Of a stretch of 64,000 nucleotides of DNA, positions 9,557 to 20,088 are shown piece after piece (position 1 is the stretch's first letter; every line of letters begins with the position of its first letter). Source of the stretch: an uncultured Pseudobdellovibrionaceae bacterium (GTDB lineage Bacteria; Bdellovibrionota; Bdellovibrionia; Bdellovibrionales; UBA1609); contig CAWDNU010000005.1 of assembly GCA_963803705.1 (NCBI GenBank), positions 37,881-101,880 of the forward strand, read 5' to 3'. The notes below the pieces were generated by a model that searched no databases, was not told the DNA's origin, and saw only the letters and a list, made by a program, of their open reading frames with translations. A program made the position numbers and the translations under genes.

Positions 9557-9844
9557 ATGAAAAATGCCTTCGAGTTTCTTTTTGGATCGCCACGTAGAAT
9601 GCTCCTTCTATGTGCTATGTTTCTTTTTTTTGGACTAGGTTTAAGCGGCGATCTGTTTAGACTTGTGAAGCTGACTAAGTTTGAAAGAACACTAAAAAAT
9701 AAAATACAATCTGTTCAAGTTCAGAAAAAAGAAATTGAAATAAAGATAAAAGAATCTACTTCCAAAGAGTATATTGAAAGAGAGGCATTCCAAAGATTTG
9801 ATATGACTAAAGAAGGCGATATAATTTTTGTTTTTAATAACTAA
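9557..9844 (+). CDS. ftsB: Septum formation initiator FtsB/DivIC family protein
   Basis: Single TM helix, coiled coil and YIEREAFQRFDMTKEGD; directly after eno; start at ATG 9557 preferred. Confidence 0.7.
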   Translation: MKNAFEFLFGSPRRMLLLCAMFLFFGLGLSGDLFRLVKLTKFERTLKNKIQSVQVQKKEIEIKIKESTSKEYIEREAFQRFDMTKEGDIIFVFNN

Positions 9845-9974
9845 AAATAATAAAATTGAGTTTTCGTCAATTAACAACAATTTTAGAACAAATTTTTGAT
9901 ACATATCACTTATTCTTTTACCTTCTATCTATTAGTTTGCTATAAGTTGGTAAATTTATAACTGGGATGGTAAG

Positions 9975-12497
9975 ATGAAAAAATCACTGATACTTGTTGA
10001 TGTAAGCTCGATGTTCTTTCGCGCTTTCTATGCAATCCCTAATATGACTAGTAAAGATGGATTTCCAACTAACGCCTTATACGGCTTTTTAAGTATGACT
10101 ACTAAACTGCAACATCAGTTCGATTCGAAAAACATTGTTTACTGTTTTGACAGATCAGAACCTTCCTTTCGCAAAGATTTAGATGAGCGTTACAAAGCTA
10201 ATCGCACAGAAATGCCAGAGGATCTAGGCAAACAAATCCCATACATTGTCGAGTTCACTGATTATTTAGGTATTCCAAGGTTGGACTTAAAAGGTTTTGA
10301 AGCAGATGACATTATTGGCTCTTACGCTAAGTGGGGTACACAACAAGGTTACAAAATTATTATAATTAGTGGGGATAAAGACTTTGCACAGTTAATTTCT
10401 GAAAACGTAGTTATGGTAGATACGATGAAAGACGTAACCTACGATATCGCTGGTGTTAGAAAGAAGTGGGGGGTAGACCCATCTCAGTTCATCGACTATT
10501 TAGCATTGATCGGGGATAGTTCAGATAACATAGCTGGCGTTCGCGGAATTGGCCCTAAAACTGCGCAAAAATTAATAGCCGATTTTAAGTCTTTGGACGG
10601 TATTTATGAAAACATAGAATCTTTAAAAGGTGCCGCTAAAAAGAAGCTTATAGAAAACAAAAAAGAAGCTTACCTGTCGCAGACATTGGTCACCATTAGA
10701 ACAGACTTAGACTTACCAACCGATGAAAACCACGTTCAGCTAAGGCCTAAAAATAACGAAAAACTTCACGAGCTTTTCCAAAAATTTAATTTTAAAAAAT
10801 TTGCTCAAGAATTAGGGGAAGAAGACAATTTAAGAAATTATGCTAACGAGGTTTCCACGGGCACCTCAAAAAATAACTTTAACTGGAACGAGAATGCGAA
10901 ATTAGTCGATATAGATTCATTGAAGTCTTCGTCTGAAATCTATTTTTTACCACATTTAAATGGTGCAATTTTAAATTGTGGTCAAACCGCATTAATTTTT
11001 AAAGAACTGTCAGATGATGTAAAAGATCTTCTACTCTCAAAACAGTTTGTTTGGTCAGGTTTTGATTTAAAAGAGATCTGGCGTGATCTTGGCTTTAAAA
11101 CTACAGACTCAATTAAGTTTAAAGATGACTTAATGTTAGCTGCTTATTCGCTGAACGCAGGTCAGATCGATTTTTCCAGTATACATATCGAGTACCTAGA
11201 TCCAATTATACCTGATGGTTCACAAGCTAGAGAGCTTTTGGACAGTCATTTAGCACTTTTGAAAATTGTTAAAGAAAAATTACAAGGTTCAGTTCTAAGT
11301 GTATACGAAACGATAGAGAAACCTTGTATGCCGATTCTGTCCCAGATGGAACTTCTTGGCGTAAAGTTGGATGTCGATATTTTGAAAAAACAAAGTGAAT
11401 CGTTAACCAGCGACATCTCTGCTTTAGAAAAACAGATTCACGAAATTGCAGGCGAGGAATTCAATATAAACAGCCCTAAACAACTGGGGCAAATTTTATT
11501 TGAAAAATTGCAGATACCTGCGACAAAAAAAAATAAGACGGGCTATTCTACAGCGACTGATGTTTTAGAAAAATTAGAAAAAAAATACCCAATATCGAAA
11601 TTAGTTCTTAATTTTAGGGAGCTTTCAAAGCTAAAATCAACTTACGTGGATGCTTTGCCGAAACTAATCGATCCGGACAACGGTCGAATCCATACAACTT
11701 TCAAACAAGCGCTTACTGCCACCGGGCGTTTATCAAGCGTAAATCCAAATTTACAAAATATACCTATTCGGACAGAGCGTGGTCTTCAAATTAGAAAGGC
11801 ATTTGTACCAACTCCTGGGTGGGATTTGATAGCTGCAGATTACAGTCAAATTGAACTTCGAATTTTAGCTCACATAGCTGGCGACAAAGGTTTGTTAAAT
11901 GCTTACAAGAACGGTCTTGATGTTCACTCGGTCACGGCCAGCGAAGTTTTTGAAATTAAATTGAGCGAAGTTACAAAAGAACAAAGAAGAACGGCCAAAG
12001 CAGTCAACTTTGGAATTGCCTACGGTCAAGGTGCATACGGTTTAGCAGAATCATTGGGGATTCCCCGAACCGAGTCTAAAGAAATTATAGAAAGATACTT
12101 CAAAAAATTTTCCGGGGTTAAAACTTACATGGAAGATATTATTAGATCAGCACGGGAAAATGGTTACGTAGAGACACTTTTTGGACGTAGACGTTATCTT
12201 CCAGAACTGAAGTCAAAAAACCGCATGGAACAATCATTTGGTGAACGTGCAGCTATAAACGCACCAATGCAGGGCACACAGGCAGATATCGTTAAAATGG
12301 CTATGATCAAAGCCCATAAAGAAGTTAAAGCGCCAATGATTTTACAAGTGCACGACGAATTAATATTTGAATGCGAGTCTTCTAGAACTGAAGAACTTAT
12401 AATTCAGATTAAAGATATCATGGAAAATATAGTAAAACTGGACGTGCCTTTAATAGTGGATTGTAAATCCGGTAAAAACTGGCTCGAGGCCCATTAA
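9975..12497 (+). CDS. polA: DNA polymerase I
   Basis: 5'-3' exonuclease motifs (FEADD, GDSSDNIAGV), TGRLSS, DYSQIELR and QVHDE; 3'-5' exonuclease domain looks degenerate. Confidence 0.97.
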   Translation: MKKSLILVDVSSMFFRAFYAIPNMTSKDGFPTNALYGFLSMTTKLQHQFDSKNIVYCFDRSEPSFRKDLDERYKANRTEMPEDLGKQIPYIVEFTDYLGIPRLDLKGFEADDIIGSYAKWGTQQGYKIIIISGDKDFAQLISENVVMVDTMKDVTYDIAGVRKKWGVDPSQFIDYLALIGDSSDNIAGVRGIGPKTAQKLIADFKSLDGIYENIESLKGAAKKKLIENKKEAYLSQTLVTIRTDLDLPTDENHVQLRPKNNEKLHELFQKFNFKKFAQELGEEDNLRNYANEVSTGTSKNNFNWNENAKLVDIDSLKSSSEIYFLPHLNGAILNCGQTALIFKELSDDVKDLLLSKQFVWSGFDLKEIWRDLGFKTTDSIKFKDDLMLAAYSLNAGQIDFSSIHIEYLDPIIPDGSQARELLDSHLALLKIVKEKLQGSVLSVYETIEKPCMPILSQMELLGVKLDVDILKKQSESLTSDISALEKQIHEIAGEEFNINSPKQLGQILFEKLQIPATKKNKTGYSTATDVLEKLEKKYPISKLVLNFRELSKLKSTYVDALPKLIDPDNGRIHTTFKQALTATGRLSSVNPNLQNIPIRTERGLQIRKAFVPTPGWDLIAADYSQIELRILAHIAGDKGLLNAYKNGLDVHSVTASEVFEIKLSEVTKEQRRTAKAVNFGIAYGQGAYGLAESLGIPRTESKEIIERYFKKFSGVKTYMEDIIRSARENGYVETLFGRRRYLPELKSKNRMEQSFGERAAINAPMQGTQADIVKMAMIKAHKEVKAPMILQVHDELIFECESSRTEELIIQIKDIMENIVKLDVPLIVDCKSGKNWLEAH

Positions 12498-12596
12498 TCG
12501 AAAAATTCAATGATCAACTAAACCTAGGTCTATTTGTAGTCTAGTTCGCCAAGCATTTTACTTTGGGATTTAGATTTTATTGCCGATAGTCTCTTT

Positions 12597-14048
12597 ATGG
12601 AAATTATAGTTAAAAGTCTAAAGCTACCTAAATCTGCATGCATAACCCTGTTTTCAGTCACAATGGCCGCCAATACATCATTTGCGAAGACCACGGATAT
12701 GGGTGTCTGCTTCCTAAAAACAGACAAGCAAACAATGCAAAGTAAGATAAATGAAATTGCGCAAAGTAATCAAGAAAAAATAATCATTCAACAGCAAGCA
12801 AGATTTTTTAACGACCTAACTAATCTTTTTGTTCCAGTAGACACTTTTAATTTTAAGATGTTTTGGGTAAGTCGTCCAAACAACGATTGGTTAACTAGTA
12901 ATTGTTTCAAATTTGGTTATATCGCACTGAAAGATTATAATAGAAGAGCTATTACAAGAGTCTATTCAACGCCTACGAATATAGTTGCAAAAAAAAGAAC
13001 TACTACAAGATTGCCCGCCAGCGTAAAAGCATTAGTGCCTCAAGCGGATCCACCGGCTCAAGGATCTGTCTTAACACCAACTGATTCCGCGCCTTTTGAT
13101 CCCCAAAGTCAGCAAACTCCCAAGGAGCCTACCGCTCCAGTTGCTAAAGCACCTGCAGATACTAATGCTCAACAGAACTATGCTGTGCCACAAATCAACC
13201 TATATAATTATTACACCGGAGCATCTAGTGGGGACAGCTCTCAACCAGCTAAACAAGATCAGAAGACTGAAACTATCAATACGAAAAAAGAAGACAGTCT
13301 GAATGTTAATGTGAATGTAGGTGAAAATTCAAAAGAGGATCTTAATGATTCTGGCGATTCGAAGTTTTTAAGAAGACGTTCAGTTTATGACCTGCCAGAT
13401 TATTTAGAGGATCCTTCTTACTTTTTAGAAATAAACCCGCTGATGGGCTACGAAAATGTAGAGGTCACCGGTTCTGGCACAACAAACAAGTTTAATCTTT
13501 TTGGTTACGGTACAGATATAAAATTGGGATATAGATTTAATCAGCATTTTAATTACTACTTGAAAGGTCGATACATGGCTTTGGAGCTAAGATCTGCTGA
13601 CGCACCTGCAACGGTAAATCTATCTGAAAAATCTGACATCACTTATGGAATTGGTATAGAGCATGTGGCTTCACGATTTTTAAGTTTAGCTTTAGAGTAC
13701 AACGCTTTACATATTCAATCATTCGAACAGTCAGGGGTTCCAACCAATGTGAATGCTCTGAAAGAAGATATTCAAACTTTAAATTTAGACTTCAAACTTA
13801 ATTTTATAAGTCGCGATAACTTTAAAATGGGTTTGCATGGCAACTATGGTATTGTATTGGCAGATAATAGTGATGAACTTATTTATGATTTTAAAACGAA
13901 GCTTTATATTCTTAGAGCATTTGAAAAGGACTATTTCGGACTCAATTTGGGATATGAACAAAATAAGTTTTTGTATGCTAGTGGACCTACAAGTGAGTCC
14001 ACTAGAAAGCGCTTTGTCTTTGGCTTAAGTTTTGGGTTTGATTTATAA
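12597..14048 (+). CDS. Secreted protein with Pro/Gln-rich linker and C-terminal outer-membrane beta-barrel
   Basis: Signal-like N-terminus, low-complexity middle, alternating aromatic beta-strands ending FVFGLSFGFDL. Confidence 0.6.
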   Translation: MEIIVKSLKLPKSACITLFSVTMAANTSFAKTTDMGVCFLKTDKQTMQSKINEIAQSNQEKIIIQQQARFFNDLTNLFVPVDTFNFKMFWVSRPNNDWLTSNCFKFGYIALKDYNRRAITRVYSTPTNIVAKKRTTTRLPASVKALVPQADPPAQGSVLTPTDSAPFDPQSQQTPKEPTAPVAKAPADTNAQQNYAVPQINLYNYYTGASSGDSSQPAKQDQKTETINTKKEDSLNVNVNVGENSKEDLNDSGDSKFLRRRSVYDLPDYLEDPSYFLEINPLMGYENVEVTGSGTTNKFNLFGYGTDIKLGYRFNQHFNYYLKGRYMALELRSADAPATVNLSEKSDITYGIGIEHVASRFLSLALEYNALHIQSFEQSGVPTNVNALKEDIQTLNLDFKLNFISRDNFKMGLHGNYGIVLADNSDELIYDFKTKLYILRAFEKDYFGLNLGYEQNKFLYASGPTSESTRKRFVFGLSFGFDL

Positions 14049-14055
14049 TTGTGAG

Positions 14056-15339
14056 CTAAACTTCAAGCTCAAGCTTATAAGCTTTGACCTTGTCATGTAG
14101 GGTTGATTTTGCAATTCCTAAGTCCTTAGCCGTTTGCCTTTGATTACCTTTATTAGCAATTAGTCTTTCAATGATTATCTCTTTTTCAACTTGCTTTAGT
14201 ATTGGCTGGTGAGTGACGTTGGTGGTCTGCTTAATCAGCTCTGACAATCCTTTTTGAGTTTTACTTTCGTCATCATCTAAAATGGATTCAACCAGATCTG
14301 GCTCTATAGTTTGGCAGGAGTAAAGCACAGAAGCCCTTTGAACAGTCTGCCTAAGCTGACGTATATTTCCAGGCCAGCTGTGACCTTTCATTTTAAGAAT
14401 CGCGTTGTGCGAAAAACGCACCCTAAATTCCTTGGCAAATTGAAAAAAAATTGATTCAAAGTCCTCAATTCTCGATGATAAAGCTGGTGGGTTGATGATA
14501 AAGGTTTTAAGTCTATACAAAAGATCTTCTCTGAATTTTCCCTCGTCAACCAATCGATTTAAATCTTTATGTGTTGCTGCAATTATTCGAACATCTACTT
14601 TCACAGTCTTATCTGACCCGACGGGAATTATTTCTCCGTATTCGAGTGCTCGTAATAATTTAGGTTGAACTTCCAGAGGCAGGTCACCTATTTCGTCTAG
14701 AAACAATGTCCCTTCGTGAGCTTCTAAAAAAGCTCCTTTCCTATCTTGGGTAGCTCCGGTGAAACTTCCTACGATATGTCCAAATAGCTGGCTTTCAACC
14801 AAATTAGGGGTAAATGCAGAGCAATTAATAGTGACTTTGGATTCTAGGTTCCTTGTGGATAAATTGTGAATTTCCTGGGCCAATACTTCTTTGCCTGAAC
14901 CAGTAGGTCCCATCAGTAAAACGGGAAAATCTGATTGTGCTATTAATGGCAGGCTCTCAAGTTGCTTGCTATAAAAGCTATTTTTAGACTGTAATCTTGT
15001 TTTTGGATAGGCTTTTGTTTCTGACTTAACAACCAATTTAGTCTGTCCTATTTGAATTTGATCACCATGCTTTAGGTTTGCTTCTAACACCTGAGTTCCA
15101 TTAACATAGGTGCCGTTTCTAGATCTTAAGTCTTTAATTACAAAGTAGTTGTCTTTTTTTTCAATACGACAATGTCTTGAAGAAGAAAAAGGATCCTTCA
15201 CCGGAATCGAGTTTGATTGATCTCGTCCTATAGTCAAAAAAGACGGTAAGATTTTCTGAATGTGAAGATCGGGGATCTCGATAAATAGATCTGTAAGGTT
15301 TTCATAGACATCTGATATTTGGCGGGTTTGCATATTCAT
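14056..15339 (-). CDS. FHA-domain sigma54-dependent transcriptional activator (Fis-type HTH)
   Basis: FHA motifs (IGR, SSRH, SRNGT); AAA+ motifs GPTGSGKE, GSFTGA, FLDEIGD and WPGNIRQL; C-terminal HTH AKDLGIAKSTL. Confidence 0.93.
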   Translation of the reverse strand: MNMQTRQISDVYENLTDLFIEIPDLHIQKILPSFLTIGRDQSNSIPVKDPFSSSRHCRIEKKDNYFVIKDLRSRNGTYVNGTQVLEANLKHGDQIQIGQTKLVVKSETKAYPKTRLQSKNSFYSKQLESLPLIAQSDFPVLLMGPTGSGKEVLAQEIHNLSTRNLESKVTINCSAFTPNLVESQLFGHIVGSFTGATQDRKGAFLEAHEGTLFLDEIGDLPLEVQPKLLRALEYGEIIPVGSDKTVKVDVRIIAATHKDLNRLVDEGKFREDLLYRLKTFIINPPALSSRIEDFESIFFQFAKEFRVRFSHNAILKMKGHSWPGNIRQLRQTVQRASVLYSCQTIEPDLVESILDDDESKTQKGLSELIKQTTNVTHQPILKQVEKEIIIERLIANKGNQRQTAKDLGIAKSTLHDKVKAYKLELEV

Positions 15340-15428
15340 TTTTTTACTCCATTTTAATTAAGTTGAACAATAGGTAAACATTTCACGGGCTAGCATTTAA
15401 ATGACTAGTCCGTAAGATTTGTGAACTA

Positions 15429-15499
15429 TGTCCAAATTTCGGACCACGGATTATTTAGCTTTCAGTTGATTTGAGCAAATTTTGTCCGTAGAACGGACA
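15429..15499. promoter_or_regulatory. Pair of TGTCC-N7-GGAC palindromes (putative enhancer-binding-protein sites)
   Basis: TGTCCAAATTTCGGACC at 15429-15445 and perfect TGTCCGT-AGA-ACGGACA at 15483-15499. Confidence 0.6.
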
Positions 15500-15555
15500 T
15501 GTTGGCCGTAAATTGAAGCTAAGATAAAGGCGATAGCAATAAATGTGAGCGTAAA

Positions 15556-15714
15556 AGCCCTCAAAGTGCAACTATGAAGCTAGGGGCGTGGTAGCCCTCA
15601 AAGTGCAACTATGAAGCTAAGGTGCGTGGTAGCCCTCAAAGTGCAACTATGAAGCTAGGGGCGTGGTAGCCCTCAAAGTGCAACTATGAAGCTATGGGCG
15701 TGGTAGCCCTCAAA
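15556..15714. repeat. Tandem array of a 37-bp unit, about 4.3 copies
   Basis: AGCCCTCAAAGTGCAACTATGAAGCTAGGGGCGTGGT starting at 15556, 15593 (38 bp), 15631, 15668 and partial at 15705. Confidence 0.95.
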
Positions 15715-15752
15715 CTGAAACCCTAGAGTCCTGAGACAAAGGAGAATTCATC

Positions 15753-16352
15753 TTGAAATTTGTTTTTGAAAAGAGTGCAGTTTTTGAAGATCAATACCCC
15801 TTGAAAAAGTATCCAGAGGTGGCTGTGGCTGGACGCTCTAATTCTGGAAAAAGTTCCATTATTAATTCCTGGGCACAATCAAAAATCGCTAAAGTTAGCT
15901 CCTCCCCTGGTAAAACAAGGCTGCTTAATTTTTTTGTTGTAGAAAAAAAGTTTAGGCTTGTAGACACTCCTGGTTACGGCTTTGCAGCCAGGTCAACAAA
16001 AGAGCGTAAAAGCTGGCAAACAATGATCGAGACATATTTAACATCCAGGGATCAGCTGCGCGGGCTAATTTTGATTATGGACATACGCAGATACTGGGAA
16101 GAAGAAGAGGTGATGTTGACCGATTGGTGTAATGCCCAAGGAATTCAGGTTTTCGTTGTTTTGAATAAAGCCGATAAAGTAAATCAAAAAGAAAAGCATG
16201 CCTCGCTGAGGCGTATAGAGGCAGAGGGTTTCAAACCCTTCGTTACATCTGCCAAAAGTAAAAAAGGCGTTGAAGCTTTAATACAGTCGGTTTGGACGGA
16301 TTGGGTTTTAAAACCTCAGAGCAAAGATATTGTCACAGAGCCGACCTCATGA
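15753..16352 (+). CDS. engB: Ribosome biogenesis GTPase YihA/YsxC (EngB)
   Basis: GRSNSGKSS, SSSPGKT, DTPGYG and NKADK; AGGAG RBS. Confidence 0.95.
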   Translation: MKFVFEKSAVFEDQYPLKKYPEVAVAGRSNSGKSSIINSWAQSKIAKVSSSPGKTRLLNFFVVEKKFRLVDTPGYGFAARSTKERKSWQTMIETYLTSRDQLRGLILIMDIRRYWEEEEVMLTDWCNAQGIQVFVVLNKADKVNQKEKHASLRRIEAEGFKPFVTSAKSKKGVEALIQSVWTDWVLKPQSKDIVTEPTS

Positions 16353-16444
16353 TAGCACTTTAAAGTACCATACAGCTCTACTGGGCAGGCCTGTTTAGTA
16401 GCTTTTATTCAGACTTCGGTACATTTGATTAGGTAGGATAGCAA

Positions 16445-17179
16445 ATGAAGTATTTAGGGGTAATCCCAGCTCGACTTGGATCCACGCGCTTGCAGCGTAA
16501 ACCTCTACAGACTCTTTTAAATAAGCCTTTAATACTTTGGGTTTGTGAAGCAGTTGAAAAGTCTAAAAGATTAGAAACTTTTATAGTGGCAACCGACTCT
16601 ATAGAGGTTTTCGACGTGGTTATTAAGGCTGGATTTGAAGCGCAGCTGACATCTGAAAATTGTGCCTCCGGGACTGATCGAACACTAGAGGTTGCAAAAA
16701 AAATCAACCCTACAATCGTTGTAAACATTCAGGGTGACGAGCCATTAATTCAAGCGTGCGAAATTGATAGTTTAGTAGACTTCATTGAATCCCAGAATCA
16801 AGAGTGTTGGGCAACTTTGGGACATGAAATCTCGGAACCAGATTTGACAAACCCAAACGCAGTCAAAGTAATTTTAAATAAAGACCAAGAGGCTATTTAT
16901 TTTTCAAGATTTTCGATTCCCTATTCCAGATTAAATTTCGATTCAAACAGATCTTTAGTTCTTAAACACGTTGGTCTTTATGCATACACCTTAAACGCGC
17001 TAAAAGTATTTTGCGATCACGGTCCAGTTGAATTAGAAAGGGCAGAGTCCCTAGAACAGTTACGCGCGCTATACCTAGGCCTTAAAATTTTTGTAAAAAA
17101 AACGAATTATAAATCTTTAGGTGTAGACACTTCTGATGATTTAAAAGCAGTTGAAAATATTTTAAAAAGGAATACGTAA
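16445..17179 (+). CDS. kdsB: CMP-Kdo synthetase (3-deoxy-manno-octulosonate cytidylyltransferase)
   Basis: [22 protein letters not shown] and ESLEQLRAL. Confidence 0.95.
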   Translation: MKYLGVIPARLGSTRLQRKPLQTLLNKPLILWVCEAVEKSKRLETFIVATDSIEVFDVVIKAGFEAQLTSENCASGTDRTLEVAKKINPTIVVNIQGDEPLIQACEIDSLVDFIESQNQECWATLGHEISEPDLTNPNAVKVILNKDQEAIYFSRFSIPYSRLNFDSNRSLVLKHVGLYAYTLNALKVFCDHGPVELERAESLEQLRALYLGLKIFVKKTNYKSLGVDTSDDLKAVENILKRNT

Positions 17180-17183
17180 TTTT

Positions 17184-18855
17184 ATGGTTGCCAAAAAAAC
17201 TTTGCCAAAAACAGAAAAAGTTATTCCGCTAGATATTAAAAAAGTGCCCACAAAATTTATTTTTGTTACAGGTGGGGTTGTTTCATCAATTGGTAAGGGC
17301 TTAACAGCCGCAAGCTTAGGTTCCTTACTTGAATCAAGGGGTTTCAAAATTTCTATGATGAAATGTGATCCATATATAAATGTAGATCCGGGAACAATGT
17401 CCCCTCTTCAGCACGGCGAAGTTTACGTTACTAATGATGGTGCAGAAACGGATCTAGATTTAGGCCATTACGAACGCTTCACATCAGTACAATTAACTAG
17501 AGGCCACAGCATCACCGCTGGACAGGTTTATGAAAGCGTTATTTCTAGAGAGAGACGGGGAGATTACTTGGGCGGCACTGTTCAAGTAATACCACATATC
17601 ACGGACGAAATTAAGAAACGCATCATCAAGACTTCACATGATGTGGATATAGCTATAATTGAAATTGGCGGAACAGTTGGCGACATTGAAGGGCTGCCGT
17701 TCATAGAATCCATACGTCAACTGCGAGCAGATGTTGGCTTTGAAAACTCTATATTCGTACATGTTACCTACATTCCTTATATAGCTGCAGCCGGAGAACT
17801 CAAAAGCAAACCAACTCAGCATAGCGTTAAAGAGCTTAGGGCAATTGGTATCCAACCTGACTTCTTGGTATGTCGAAGCGAAAAAGAAGTTCCTCAAGAA
17901 TTAAAATCTAAAATAGGTCTTTTTTGCAGTGTTCATCCTCAAAATGTGATAGCTGCCGAGGATTCAAAATCTACTCTACGAAGTTCCACTAAAATTATTT
18001 GATGAAGAGTTCGATCTTAAAATTTGTAAGCGACTAGGATTATCTGCTGGAAACGCGCAGCTAGAGGATTGGAAAGAAATAGTTAATACTTATAAATCTC
18101 CTAAAAACAAAATTAAAATTGGTCTTGTTGGTAAATATGTCGACTTAAAAGAAAGCTACAAGTCTTTACATGAAGCCATAACTCACTCTGGAATCAAAAA
18201 TAAGTGCGCCGTTGATGTAGAGTACATAGATGCTGAAAATCTTGAGCAAGTGGATTTAGAAAAGTGTTTTAAGGCCGTTGATGGAATTTTAGTTCCTGGC
18301 GCTTTTGGCGAAAGAGGAGCTGAAGGCAAAATTGCTGCTATTAACTTTGCCAGAGAAAATAAAATTCCATTTTTTGGAATCTGCTTTGGTATGCAAATGG
18401 CTGTTGTAGAATTTGCCAGAAATGTGTGTGGATTAAATAAAGCAACTAGTCGGGAATTTATCCACAACGCGGAAAATCCAGATTTTGTTATTGATTTGAT
18501 GGAAGAGCAGAAACTAATGAAGGGCTTAGGTGGCACCATGCGATTGGGTGCATTTCCATGTGACTTGAAAAAGGGGAGTCTAGTTCATAGCCTTTACGGT
18601 GAGGACCGTGTCAGTGAAAGACACCGACATAGGTTTGAATTTAACAACGAGTATAAATCTACTATTGAAAAAAATGGGATGAATTTATCTGGTGTGTGTT
18701 CTGAAAGAGATTTGATTGAAATCGTAGAAATACCTGATCATCCGTGGTTCATCGGGGTTCAGTTTCATCCGGAGTTTCAATCACAACCTAGACGGCCACA
18801 TCCCTTATTTGACGGTTTTATTTCAGCTGCATTAAAACGCAGACAAAGTTTGTAA
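17184..18855 (+). CDS. pyrG: CTP synthase (one +1 frameshift near 17974, probably a sequencing error)
   Basis: [32 protein letters not shown] and QFHPE; removing one base in TCT-ACTC-TAC restores DSKSIYEVPL. Confidence 0.93.
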
Positions 18856-18923
18856 GGTTTTAATAAGTTTTTTAACCTAAATTTAATTTTCAACTAAATT
18901 TTAATTTAACTAGTAAGGTAAGC

Positions 18924-19919
18924 ATGAATATATTAGACAAAGCCAAAGATGTTTTAGACATAGAATCCGATGCTATTTTGAATTTAAAAAAAGGTTTGGG
19001 AGAAGACTTTTTAAAGGCCTTAGAATTAATCGTCTCTTGCTCTGGAAAAGTTATTATATCAGGTGTCGGAAAATCAGGTATTATAGCTAGGAAAATGGCG
19101 TCCACTATGAGTTCTACAGGAACACCTGCCTTGTTTTTACATGCTGCCGAAAGCTCTCATGGTGATTTAGGTGTAATCACTAAGTCTGATCTTGTTATTG
19201 GAATTAGCTTTGGTGGTGAAAGTGCAGAGCTTGAAGATCTTTTAAAGTTTATTAAAAGAACAGGTGTCAAACTTGTTTCAATCACTGGAAACACAGAAAG
19301 TCGTTTAGCACATGCAGGTGACGTAGTTCTTCATATTCCCATCGAAAAAGAGGCTTGTCCGTTGGGATTAGCCCCTACAAGTAGCACAACTGCGACATTA
19401 GCAATGTGTGATGCACTGGCGATGTGCGCTCTTGAAACTAAAGGATTTAAAGCAAGCGATTTTGCTGAGAATCATCCAGGCGGAAAGTTAGGTCGTAAAC
19501 TTCTGACTCGTGTTAGTGATGTTATGATAGATCAAGATCTGCCGCTGATAGCTGAGCAAGCTTCATTCAAGGACGTTTTAAATCTTATGACCGGTGCCGA
19601 GGTCAGGGGTATATGTGGCGTTATAAATTCAGAAGCAGATCTGATAGGCGTAATTACGGACGGGGACTTAAGACGAAAACTTAACGCTGAAGTTGATACC
19701 GGTTCGTTATCATCTAGTTTGAAATCAATGCTAGCTACGGATATCATGTCATCTAATCCGAAAACTTTAGAGAAATCAGAATTAGCTGAAAAGGCTTTGT
19801 TTTTGATGGAGCAATTCAGGATTCAGTGTTTGTTTGTTATGGACCAAACGCAAACGAACTCCCTGAAGCCGGTCGGACTAATTCATCTACAAGATCTTTT
19901 AGCTGCAAAGATCCGTTAA
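18924..19919 (+). CDS. kdsD: Arabinose-5-phosphate isomerase KdsD/KpsF (SIS and CBS domains)
   Basis: GVGKSG, HGDLG, EACPLGLAPTSS, HPGGKLG and TDGDLRR. Confidence 0.93.
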   Translation: MNILDKAKDVLDIESDAILNLKKGLGEDFLKALELIVSCSGKVIISGVGKSGIIARKMASTMSSTGTPALFLHAAESSHGDLGVITKSDLVIGISFGGESAELEDLLKFIKRTGVKLVSITGNTESRLAHAGDVVLHIPIEKEACPLGLAPTSSTTATLAMCDALAMCALETKGFKASDFAENHPGGKLGRKLLTRVSDVMIDQDLPLIAEQASFKDVLNLMTGAEVRGICGVINSEADLIGVITDGDLRRKLNAEVDTGSLSSSLKSMLATDIMSSNPKTLEKSELAEKALFLMEQFRIQCLFVMDQTQTNSLKPVGLIHLQDLLAAKIR

Positions 19920-20088
19920 CATTCTTTTTTCCAATCAAGATTTAGAAAAAGCTTAAAAACCTAAATAATAGGTGATGGCCAGGTAAACCAACCAGTGAAA
20001 TAATTAATGGTAAGATGGCGGCACCCCAAGGCATTAGAGTAAAACTTACAAGTAATGGGCGGCAATTTTTGGTGTCTAAGATTACCAA

